The position numbers were made by a program, and so were the translations under genes. Positions 1 through 8,174 of a DNA stretch of 64,000 bases are shown here, in pieces (position 1 is the stretch's first letter; the number at the start of each line of letters is the position of its first letter). The DNA is from Verrucomicrobiales bacterium (GTDB taxonomy: Bacteria; Verrucomicrobiota; Verrucomicrobiia; Verrucomicrobiales; V1-33), in assembly GCA_031411295.1 (NCBI GenBank), contig JANOAV010000057.1, positions 35,204 through 99,203 of the forward strand, read 5' to 3'. Under the pieces are notes generated by a model, which was not told where the DNA came from, did no database searches, and saw only the letters and a program-made list of their open reading frames with translations.

Positions 1-195
1 ATGGTATCCCGCCAGCAGAGCATCAATTTCCCAGCGGGGAAACAGGAAAGTTTCCGGGAAGGAGATCTCGCACGTAGCGGCCGAGTTTTTGACGCCAGCA
101 TCCCGCAGGGGATTGGCAGGGCGCTGGCCTCGATACTCGGCCTCTAAGGCTGGGAGCTCCCTTTCGAACCGACTGCTAGCCTTTGTTAATTGCAT
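1..195 (-). CDS. Possible hypothetical protein, N-terminal part (runs off window edge)
   Basis: ATG (cat at 193-195) overlaps the end of the upstream TPR gene; frame open to position 1: MQLTKASSRFERELPALEAEYRGQRPANPLRDAGVKNSAATCEISFPETFLFPRWEIDALLAGYH. No family recognised. Confidence 0.3.
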   Translation of the reverse strand, partial: MQLTKASSRFERELPALEAEYRGQRPANPLRDAGVKNSAATCEISFPETFLFPRWEIDALLAGYH

Positions 196-2692
196 CGGCG
201 GATGCCATTTTCTGTAGGAGCCTCTCGATATTTTTTCTAATTGTGATGCTTTCGGGATGGTCTCTGCCTAATGACGCTTCAGTGATCCTAAAAGCTTCCG
301 CCATCATATGATTTGCTTCCTTCAGACGGCCTGCATCCTGAAAAACTTGTGCGAGGTTGTGGAGGCGGAGTGCGACCTTGGGATGGTCTTTACCGTAATA
401 AGCTTGATCAATTGCCAGGGAGCGCTGCAACATTGCCTGGACCAAAGGCGAACGATTCATCATCCTCAGAAGTCCACCAAGATTATTCAAGCCAACAGCT
501 ACACTAGGATGATCCTTTCCAAGGCAGATCTCATCGATAGCTAGCGCCCGTATCATCATTGGTTCCGCTTCTTCCAAACGGTTCGTATCTTGTAGTAAAA
601 TCGCGAGGTTATTGAGGTCCCCCGAGACTGACGGATGGTCTTTACCAAAGGTTGCCTCATCAATGGCAAGTGCTCGTCGCATCATCATTTCCGCCTCATC
701 AAAGCGATTGGTTTTCTGGAGCACAAGCGCAAGGTTGTTCAGGGAGCTGGCCACATTAGGATTATCCTTACCAAGGGTTGATTCGGTTATGGTAAGCGAC
801 CGACGCATCAGAAGTTCGGCCTCTGCGAGGCGATTCGTTTCAAGTAGCAACTGGGCATGCTCATTGCAGGCACAAGCAATAAGCCTATCATCGTTAAGCG
901 TCTCCGCTTCCGAGGTTGCCTTGACGCTCTGCTTCTCTGTCTCATCCCACTTGGCGAACTTGCGAAGGAAGGCAGACAGCCGGATACGAGCCTCCACGCG
1001 CCCCTTGCTGAGCGGCATCGTTTCCAAATGATCCCGCAGAAATTCCACGCGGAGCTTAGACCAGTTTTGAAAGTCAAGTTTCCCAGCCATTTCTTGAAGC
1101 CTCTGGGAAAATGCTTCCAGGCCGCCTTGGCGCTGCGTTTCCCAGCACTGGATTAGCTCCTGCATTTCATCGAGATAATTGAATTCAGGCTCGTCGAGTC
1201 GGTCGGTAATCCAGCGGGCGGTTGTATCCAGCGGGAGTTGCTTTAGCTCATGCTTGAGGAGTTCAGGCCGCTCTGTTTCCCCAACGCTCGTGAGCTTGGT
1301 GATGAGCTTAAATTTTTCTGATGCCTGTTCCTCTGCTAAGCCGACGGTGGAAAGGTAGCTGAGGGTTTCGGCGGCGTTTTCGTCGAATTCCCCGGCTTCC
1401 AGACGTCGCCAGTATTCTTCTTTCTTCTGGCGGCGGTATTCGTCTTGTTCGTAGAAGGCGGCAAAGAAATCTGTGAGCAGTGGAATGCGGAGGCGGGCGG
1501 CTCGGCTGATGTTCATGGCCAGCCAGAGATCGAAGAAGCCTTCACGAATCACGTAGAGCGAGGATCGGCCATCAGCGGGGTTCTCGCTGGTGGTGAGGTA
1601 GAGAGATTTGGTTAAGCGAGTTAGCAGGGCGGAGACATGCGGCTGGCTCATGCGCATGAGCTTGGCGATGTTCCCGGGCGTCTTCGGCAAGGCGGAACGG
1701 CCCCATTGGTCGCGCATGGAGGCAATGGTCTCGATGACGGCGCGCTCCTGCGGGGAGAGATCGCTGAGGCGGTCTTGATAGAATGGTGTGATGCGGTCCA
1801 GAAGCATCATGAACTGTTGTTTCACCGCCGTGACGGATTCGGTGCTGAGCAGTTCGTATAACATTACGGTGAGCCGCGGGCTGCCACCGGTCATCGTGTA
1901 AATGGCGCGGAGTTTCGGCTGGAGGCTGGGAAATTGCTGGAGCAACGCCTCGTTTTTATCCCACTCCAGACTGCGGCGGATGAGAGCGATGGTCTCGTCC
2001 TGACTCAGCTGGTCGAGGACTTGGGTATCGAAGAAATCGTAGAAGGGTTGATCTGCCTTGGTCAGCGCTCCGAAATGCAGCGGAGAGGTGGCCATGAGCA
2101 GGCATCCATTGTCCTGCATCAGGAAGCCGCGCAGGCCTTGAATGGACTGCTCTTTGCGGATTTGCTCCTCCATGATTTGGTTCAAATTTTCCACCATGAG
2201 CACGAACACTTGCTGGTGCTCTTGATAGTGTTTCCGCAAGGCGGGGACCACGGTATCGATGATGACGGCATCGTCCTCCTGCATTGCTAATTTCTCATGC
2301 AGTGCGTGCCACGCAGAGCCAGTGGGGCTGGTGTCCCGCAAGACCTCGCAGATGGTTAGTAGAAAATCAGCGAATGACAGGACTCGGCGGGCTTCCTCTG
2401 GAAATCGCACAACGCGGTAGGCAGCCGTCAACGCTGGATCCCGCTGAATCTCATCCTCAATGAGGGAAAGGAAGTGCGTCTTCCCACCACCACGCGGAGC
2501 GATAAAGAGCTGATGATGACGCGCCTTGCGCCCAACGTTTCTACGCAGGACTTCCAGCGTGTCTGCCAGGATGGTATCGCGCCCCACGGTGATGGAACGT
2601 CTGTGCTCAGGACTGGTGAGGTGAGCACGGTAAAGCCCTAGCTGCGACCGGGGTTCGCTAGTTTTGTTGGGTTCGGTGAGGAGATCAGGCAT
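176..2692 (-). CDS. P-loop (STAND/AAA-like) ATPase with winged-helix and C-terminal 42-aa TPR repeats
   Basis: Walker A APRGGGKT; degenerate Walker B FVLMVEN; TGGSPR motif; wHTH-like TPGNIAKLMRMSQPHVSALLTRL; five kinesin-light-chain-type TPRs (EAE.MM.RALAIDE...GKDHP.VA..LNNLA). Confidence 0.85.
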   Translation of the reverse strand: MPDLLTEPNKTSEPRSQLGLYRAHLTSPEHRRSITVGRDTILADTLEVLRRNVGRKARHHQLFIAPRGGGKTHFLSLIEDEIQRDPALTAAYRVVRFPEEARRVLSFADFLLTICEVLRDTSPTGSAWHALHEKLAMQEDDAVIIDTVVPALRKHYQEHQQVFVLMVENLNQIMEEQIRKEQSIQGLRGFLMQDNGCLLMATSPLHFGALTKADQPFYDFFDTQVLDQLSQDETIALIRRSLEWDKNEALLQQFPSLQPKLRAIYTMTGGSPRLTVMLYELLSTESVTAVKQQFMMLLDRITPFYQDRLSDLSPQERAVIETIASMRDQWGRSALPKTPGNIAKLMRMSQPHVSALLTRLTKSLYLTTSENPADGRSSLYVIREGFFDLWLAMNISRAARLRIPLLTDFFAAFYEQDEYRRQKKEEYWRRLEAGEFDENAAETLSYLSTVGLAEEQASEKFKLITKLTSVGETERPELLKHELKQLPLDTTARWITDRLDEPEFNYLDEMQELIQCWETQRQGGLEAFSQRLQEMAGKLDFQNWSKLRVEFLRDHLETMPLSKGRVEARIRLSAFLRKFAKWDETEKQSVKATSEAETLNDDRLIACACNEHAQLLLETNRLAEAELLMRRSLTITESTLGKDNPNVASSLNNLALVLQKTNRFDEAEMMMRRALAIDEATFGKDHPSVSGDLNNLAILLQDTNRLEEAEPMMIRALAIDEICLGKDHPSVAVGLNNLGGLLRMMNRSPLVQAMLQRSLAIDQAYYGKDHPKVALRLHNLAQVFQDAGRLKEANHMMAEAFRITEASLGRDHPESITIRKNIERLLQKMASADAINKG

Positions 2693-3917
2693 AATATTTT
2701 TTCCACCATTGTTTCACAAGACCGCTGGCGAAATCGAAGCTGCCAGGCTTGATTTCCACGACGTAGAAATCATTCTCCAGGTCGCGCAGGAGTTGATTGA
2801 AGAGTTGCTTGCGTTTGTCCGCAGGGGATTTGTCGCCTTCGGCCACGAGCACTCGCTCGAACTCGGCAAATAGTGGTGACCGCTCCATGGCTGCGTGGCT
2901 GACGCTGAGTTTCGCCAGAAGGGCGTAGGCGGCTGCGCGTTTGGGTGGCAGGTAATATTGCTCAATGCGGGAGTAATAATGCTGGAGCTTGTCCCGAGCG
3001 CCACTGGTGACGATGAGATCAGCAAAAGCCCGCAGCACATCCTTGGTGGTGAGTGCTCGGGCGGATCGCTTCCAGATACGATAGAGGTCCTGAGTCACCA
3101 TTTGGAGAAACACCGGAACGGGGCGGCCGAGTTCTTTGGCAACTTTGGCGGGAAGCTTTTCTTCAAACGCTACTCCTCGTCCCTTGAGCATTCGGACCAC
3201 AAACTCCATCACCTGCTCCTGATTCAGGGCCGGGAGCGGAACATCGGTGAAATCATTTATCTCGTCCAAACAGCCCATGCCGTCCAGCGTGCTAGAGAGA
3301 TTCACGGAACCGCACAGCAGCCACCGAACTTGATCCTGCTTGGGATGCGGCTTCAGGCGATGTCCACGAAACCATGCCAGAAATGGACGGACTAGCTCGG
3401 GATGGTGTTTCTGCATGTTCAGAATCATGTCAGGAAACTCATCCACCAGCAGGAGCAACCGATGCTTACTCTTCCTGACTTCAGCAAAGAACTCATCGCC
3501 ATATTTCTTCCAAGATGCAGTCCAGTCCTTTTCCTGATGGCGCAGAGTGAGTTTGAATCCCTCGTTTCCCAAACTCTCTACTTTCTCCAACGCCTTGCCG
3601 ATCCATCCCGTTGTGGCTCGGAACATTTCCTTGAAGCGCTGGGGATACTTTTCCCGGAATAGGTCCAGCAGCAGCAAAATAAACTCCGCAGGATGGGTCG
3701 CGTCCTGAACAAAGACTGAAACAGGTGAAAAGGCTGAGGGCGGGTGAGCCACCAGAAAATCCAACACGCTCGTTTTCCCTGTCCGCCGAGGCGCTGAAAG
3801 AATTACGTGAGCCAGACGCAACTCTTCGTTCAAGTCAGCAATAAACGCCTCCCTGAACCAGAGGTCATCGGGTTCCATGGGGGCTCCAGTGTAGAAATCA
3901 GGGGGCGGCTTGCTCAT
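2685..3917 (-). CDS. P-loop ATPase (archaeal-ATPase/STAND-like)
   Basis: Walker A APRRTGKT, Walker B LLLLVDE, sensor CGS; overlaps the downstream gene by 8 bp. Confidence 0.85.
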   Translation of the reverse strand: MSKPPPDFYTGAPMEPDDLWFREAFIADLNEELRLAHVILSAPRRTGKTSVLDFLVAHPPSAFSPVSVFVQDATHPAEFILLLLDLFREKYPQRFKEMFRATTGWIGKALEKVESLGNEGFKLTLRHQEKDWTASWKKYGDEFFAEVRKSKHRLLLLVDEFPDMILNMQKHHPELVRPFLAWFRGHRLKPHPKQDQVRWLLCGSVNLSSTLDGMGCLDEINDFTDVPLPALNQEQVMEFVVRMLKGRGVAFEEKLPAKVAKELGRPVPVFLQMVTQDLYRIWKRSARALTTKDVLRAFADLIVTSGARDKLQHYYSRIEQYYLPPKRAAAYALLAKLSVSHAAMERSPLFAEFERVLVAEGDKSPADKRKQLFNQLLRDLENDFYVVEIKPGSFDFASGLVKQWWKKYYA

Positions 3918-3927
3918 AATTTAGAAG

Positions 3928-3996
3928 ACAGATTCGTTGTAAAACAGATTTGTTTTATAAATAACGTGAGACAGATTTGTTGCAAGACAAATTTGT
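3928..3996. promoter_or_regulatory. Four copies of near-palindromic 10-mer ACA(G/A)ATT(T/C)GT, candidate operator array
   Basis: Copies at 3928 (acagattcgt), 3944, 3971 (both acagatttgt) and 3987 (acaaatttgt, a perfect palindrome); start-to-start spacing 16/27/16 in an AT-rich tract just upstream of the ATPase start codon. Confidence 0.6.
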
Positions 3997-4167
3997 TTTG
4001 TATTTATTTCATCTAGAAACGGGCGCAGGCTGAGCAGAATCATGCTGGGCCGTCGCATGATGTTGGCTAGGGATGGGGAGGGAGTCGGCTGCGGGTGGTG
4101 CCGACTGAGGACAGGCGGCACACGTTCCTGACGGATATGGTCCCCCATCAACCAAGGGTTTGATCTC

Positions 4168-6165
4168 CTAGACGGTGGCAGCCCGCGGCCTGGGCGGGAG
4201 CATTCCTTTGCTCGTGGCCAGGACCATTTCCATGACCATGAAGATCATGGCCAGCACGACTAACAATGGCCAAATTTCGTTCTGCAGGCGATCTGCCTTC
4301 AGCTCCAATGCGCCAGACAGCACGTCCAGTTTCGCGTTGGGCAGCAACTCCTTAATCTTGGCGGCATTAATGAAATCAGGATCATCCTCGCTGGCGGGCC
4401 GATTCAGGGCGATCTTTCGCGGGCCATTTTGGTAAATCCCTGCGTTCCATCGCCAATCGTGCGGCGTGCTGGAGTCCACCGGGGTCCACGTTTCCTCCGC
4501 ATCAGCGGGTTTCCAATTCCCGACCGTCTCGAGCACCGGCGGGCTGAGGCGGCGGCTCCCCTGCAGGAGCATCCGCTGGGTCATCGGCAGCAGCACGAAG
4601 CCCTCGCCCAGGCTGCTCCAGGAGGCTTCCGGTTGGGTGGCACAAGCGTAAATGTAGCCCGCCCCAAGTTTCCGGCCGCTGAGGAAAGTCAGACCATCGG
4701 AGAAGTTAGCATACACATGAGTCGTCGGATCGTTGAGCGAGGGAATTTGCCGCCGTTGCACGTCGAGCTTCGCAATTGGCAACGGCGTTCCGTTATCGGT
4801 CTTGGCTAACGGTCCATCCAGATCATCCCAGGTGGCAACCCGATACGCCGTCTCCGCCGCTGCCGTCTCTGCCGTGTTCCAAGTGATCCCAAATGGTCCG
4901 CTGGAGGCCGTGCCCTCAGGCGGGAAGCATACTAACACGCCGCCGGATTCCACGAATTTCTGCAACTCCTTGCCCACGGCCTCACTGGGGGTGGCGGCTT
5001 GCCACAGGATCAGCGCGGCTTCCTTCCAGCGGATCGAATCCGCCCGGGCACTGGGTAAAATTTCCGCCTTGCGATCCATATTCTTGGGATCAGGCGCGGC
5101 GGCAATTTTGAGCCGGGAGGCAGCGGACGTATCCCCGATGACGAAACTATGCAACGCCACGGGCGGAGCATAAACAAAGTAAGCGGTGTGATCAGCCGGG
5201 TTCTCATCTGCCGCCAATTCCACCTTTCCCGAGCCCCCAGACGCTTGCAGGCTGGCCACATCAAACGACAAGACCTGCCGCTGCGTGGCGGAGGTTAAGG
5301 GGATATCCTGCTGGCTCTTGGTGCCGTCATCCCGGGTGATATAGAGTGGTAAATTTCCCGTTAGTCCAGTGGACTGAAGCTCCAGGGCCAGAGCCACCTG
5401 CCCCTTCGACTTGTCTGCGGAATTCAAGCGCAGCTCGGCACTCTGCAACGCCAGCGAAGCATTCGTGTTCAGTGGGGTGGACAGATCCAGCACGCGCACT
5501 CGAGTCTCTTGGGGCAATCCGGCAAAGCGCGCGCTCAGGTCCGTCCAGTCAGCGCTGTTAGGACGCCAATTGCTGGTCTGTAAATCACTGGCCACCCAAA
5601 TCTCAGCATTTCCGGGATTGTTCTTCGTGAGGTATTCCATGGCCGCCAGAAACATGGCGGGCAAGTCTGCTGCTGAGTCCGTGGGGCCAGCCTGCGACAT
5701 ATTCGCCAGCGTGGCCGCATCCTTGATTTCCAAGGGTTCCCGCAGCGCATTTTCGATCAGGACAAAGTTACTGCCTTCGCTCTGTTTGGCAGCTTGCGCC
5801 AGCAACGTCAGGGCATGGGCGCGCTTGGATTCCTGCCGATCCGTTCCCGTGGCCTCCATGCTGGAGGAACGATCCAGCAGGATAATCACCGTTTCCGGTG
5901 CCCCACCCGCGGCGGCCCCGATCCAGCCACCCGTGAGCGGCCGGGCCATCGCCCAGAGGAAGAACAAGAGTAATAACATCCGACTGGCCAACAGCAAATA
6001 CTGCCGAATCTTCGCCCGCCGGGTGGCCGCCTTATTGGCCTTCAGCAGAAACATCATGGCCGCCCACGGCACAGTTTTATAGCGTAGCCGGTTGAGCAAG
6101 TGAATGATCAACGGCAACAAAAACGCCGGCAGCGCCCAGAGCATCCATGGTTGGAGAAATGACAT
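4168..6165 (-). CDS. BatA-domain / vWA-type membrane protein
   Basis: N-terminus MSFLQPWMLWALPAFLLPLIIHLLNR (BatA signature), MIDAS-like LLDRSSSM, C-terminal TM helix. Start trimmed from 6438 to ATG 6165. Confidence 0.85.
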   Translation of the reverse strand: MSFLQPWMLWALPAFLLPLIIHLLNRLRYKTVPWAAMMFLLKANKAATRRAKIRQYLLLASRMLLLLFFLWAMARPLTGGWIGAAAGGAPETVIILLDRSSSMEATGTDRQESKRAHALTLLAQAAKQSEGSNFVLIENALREPLEIKDAATLANMSQAGPTDSAADLPAMFLAAMEYLTKNNPGNAEIWVASDLQTSNWRPNSADWTDLSARFAGLPQETRVRVLDLSTPLNTNASLALQSAELRLNSADKSKGQVALALELQSTGLTGNLPLYITRDDGTKSQQDIPLTSATQRQVLSFDVASLQASGGSGKVELAADENPADHTAYFVYAPPVALHSFVIGDTSAASRLKIAAAPDPKNMDRKAEILPSARADSIRWKEAALILWQAATPSEAVGKELQKFVESGGVLVCFPPEGTASSGPFGITWNTAETAAAETAYRVATWDDLDGPLAKTDNGTPLPIAKLDVQRRQIPSLNDPTTHVYANFSDGLTFLSGRKLGAGYIYACATQPEASWSSLGEGFVLLPMTQRMLLQGSRRLSPPVLETVGNWKPADAEETWTPVDSSTPHDWRWNAGIYQNGPRKIALNRPASEDDPDFINAAKIKELLPNAKLDVLSGALELKADRLQNEIWPLLVVLAMIFMVMEMVLATSKGMLPPRPRAATV

Positions 6166-6262
6166 AGGCGCAAGCAATCGCGGTTTTTCCAGTAATTGTA
6201 AAGGGGACTTTGTGCCGCCAACGCAAAGACGAGGAGTGATTTTTCCACGACCTGCGGCCCCT

Positions 6263-6422
6263 AACTGGGAGTGGCGCGAGTCTCTCCGCCATCGGCAATG
6301 CACCAGCCATGAGCGCCCCCGACCACACCCAAGCGCTAGTCCTGCCAAGCGAATCGAAATGGCGGACGGAGTCACGCCACTCCAGTGGCGGAGTCGCTGG
6401 AGCGGCGTGCGTCCCGCCGCCG
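6263..6422. repeat. Cluster of three REP-like palindromic units (6263-6292, 6359-6385, 6397-6422)
   Basis: Core CTGG(G)AG(T/C)GGCG(T/C)G...CCGCC in both orientations; matches copies at 14376 and 41604. Confidence 0.7.
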
Positions 6423-6473
6423 ACAGCATGCTGATCAAATTTAAAGGACTAATCCCCTCCCCTACGCACCGCC

Positions 6474-7198
6474 TTATTGAGGTTCCCCCAAGAGTTTGGA
6501 CAGGGTCTCGTCAATCGCGTCAGCCCAGATTTGGTAACCTTTCGGACCAGGGTGCAGGAAATCTGGCATCATTTCCTTCGTCATCGTGCCATCCGGTTCC
6601 AGGAACTTGGCTCCGATGTCCATATAATGCACCGTCTTGCCATCGGCCATCGGCTTCAGCAGATCATTAATCTTATTGTTCAACTGACGGCCGGCATCCT
6701 CCGGCTTCTCGCCCCGCGGGAAGATTCCCAGCAACAACACCTTCACGCCCGGGCATTTTCCCTGAAGCTTGGTAATGATGGCCTTAACGCCTGCGGCGGT
6801 ATCCTCCGCTTTGTCCTTACGATGCCCGGTATTGTTCGTGCCGATCATCAGCACACGAGCTTCGGCTTCAGACCGTCGAAATTTCCATGATCCATCCGCC
6901 ACAGCACATGCTCCGTGCGATCCCCGCTGATTCCGAAATTTGCCGCCTTCCGTTGGCCATAATATTTGGCCCAGACTTCCTTGCCTTTCCCATCCCAACC
7001 TTGAGTAATGGAGTCTCCCAGAAAAACCAACTCTGCCGTGCCCTCTTTGGAAATCTTATTGAATTGCTCAATCCGACCTTCCGTCTTGGCATGCAGTTCC
7101 GGCTTGAGCGCCAGGATTTCTGGAGTGGCATCCTGAGCCAAACTGATGCTGGTAAACGAGAGAAGTGCTATGGACAGTAGGGAAATGGGTTTGATCAT
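6474..7198 (-). pseudogene. Secreted GDSL/SGNH hydrolase split by a 1-bp frameshift (or sequencing error)
   Basis: Signal peptide, FLGDSIT and GISGD in ORF 6848-7198; LMIGTNN and DFLHP in ORF 6474-6998. The junction ctc-gtg-tgctg lacks one G of the expected LVVLMIG, near 6853. Confidence 0.85.
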
Positions 7199-7341
7199 GA
7201 AGCATCAATGCTAAATTCTGCGTCCGCTGTAAATAGGATTTCCGCCGTGAGTGCGGGAGCAAACGATCCGTAGATCAATAAACAGAAGTTTCCGTGAAAT
7301 GCGCGTTGATATTGCTATGCAACTCTGCCAACTTTCAATCC

Positions 7342-8064
7342 ATGGATTTTCCTGTCACTATCTGGACTCTCATTCATCAAGCGCACCTGAATGGCAATAC
7401 CGCTGCCCGCAGCGCCTTGGAAACGTTTTGTGAACAGTATCGACAGCCCGTAATCCAATTCCTGCGGCAACGTAAGGTGCTGGAGAATCGCGTTGAAGAC
7501 ATGGCCCATGATTTCCTGCTTCATCTCATGGAAAACGATGCCCTGCGGCGGGCCAACCCTGCCCGGGGCCGCTTCCGCACCTATCTACTAGCCGCTCTGC
7601 GAAACTTCATGGCCTCGGACATCGCGCACCAGAATGCCGGCAAGCGTGGGGGCGGAGCCAATCACCTCAGCATCGACCTCCCGGACGTGGCCGATTTCCT
7701 GGCCGACCCGGCAGATCCTGAAGTTACCTCCCATGACCAAGCCTGGGCGGTTAACCTCATCACCGTCAGTTATCAAGCACTCGAGCAGGAACTCATCGCC
7801 AAAGGCAAAAGCGAACGCCTCGCAGCGCTGAAAAGTTTCGTGCTGCCAGGCCGCGCGCTCCCGTCGATGCTGGAAGTTGCCCAGGAACTGAATCTGGAGG
7901 AAGGGGCCGTGCGCACCGAGATTTCCCGCTACCGCAAACGCTTGCGCGAACTCTTCCGTGACGAGGTCGCCCGCACCGTCGTGTCCGACACCGAGATCGA
8001 GGACGAAATCCACTACCTCCAGCAGGTCCTTACCAACCCAAGGGTTCCCATGCCCGAAGCGTAA
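7342..8064 (+). CDS. ECF-type RNA polymerase sigma-70 factor (kinase-associated PVC type)
   Basis: N-terminal FPVTIWTLI motif, region 2 (ALETFCEQY...EDMAHDF...RGRFRTYL), region 4 HTH (EVAQELNLEEGAVRTEISRYRKRL). Start set at ATG 7342. Confidence 0.9.
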   Translation: MDFPVTIWTLIHQAHLNGNTAARSALETFCEQYRQPVIQFLRQRKVLENRVEDMAHDFLLHLMENDALRRANPARGRFRTYLLAALRNFMASDIAHQNAGKRGGGANHLSIDLPDVADFLADPADPEVTSHDQAWAVNLITVSYQALEQELIAKGKSERLAALKSFVLPGRALPSMLEVAQELNLEEGAVRTEISRYRKRLRELFRDEVARTVVSDTEIEDEIHYLQQVLTNPRVPMPEA

Positions 8065-8084
8065 ATATCACCCGCCGCAAGAAA

Positions 8085-8121
8085 CTTAGTAACACTGCCA
8101 GGAAAAATCCGTATTACTAAG
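8085..8121 (+). promoter_or_regulatory. Candidate ECF-sigma promoter upstream of the kinase
   Basis: GTAAC (AAC 8091-8093), 16-nt spacer, CGTATTA (8110): the generic ECF AAC-N16-CGT pattern. Overlapped by inverted repeat CTTAGTAA/TTACTAAG. Confidence 0.55.
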
Positions 8122-8174
8122 AGAATAACAGCTGATCACTACCACCTGCGCGCGACTTCGCTGCGCCTCGATTC

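Noticed and set aside
176..860. TPR array as a diversity-generating retroelement target
   Set aside because: No reverse transcriptase and no template/variable repeat pair differing only at adenines was seen.
3926..4006. Mini CRISPR array or replication iterons
   Set aside because: Units are 10 bp with 6-17 bp gaps and there is no cas or rep gene; fits an operator array better.
6166..6438. N-terminal extension of the BatA ORF
   Set aside because: It is translated REP sequence; the BatA signature begins at 6165.
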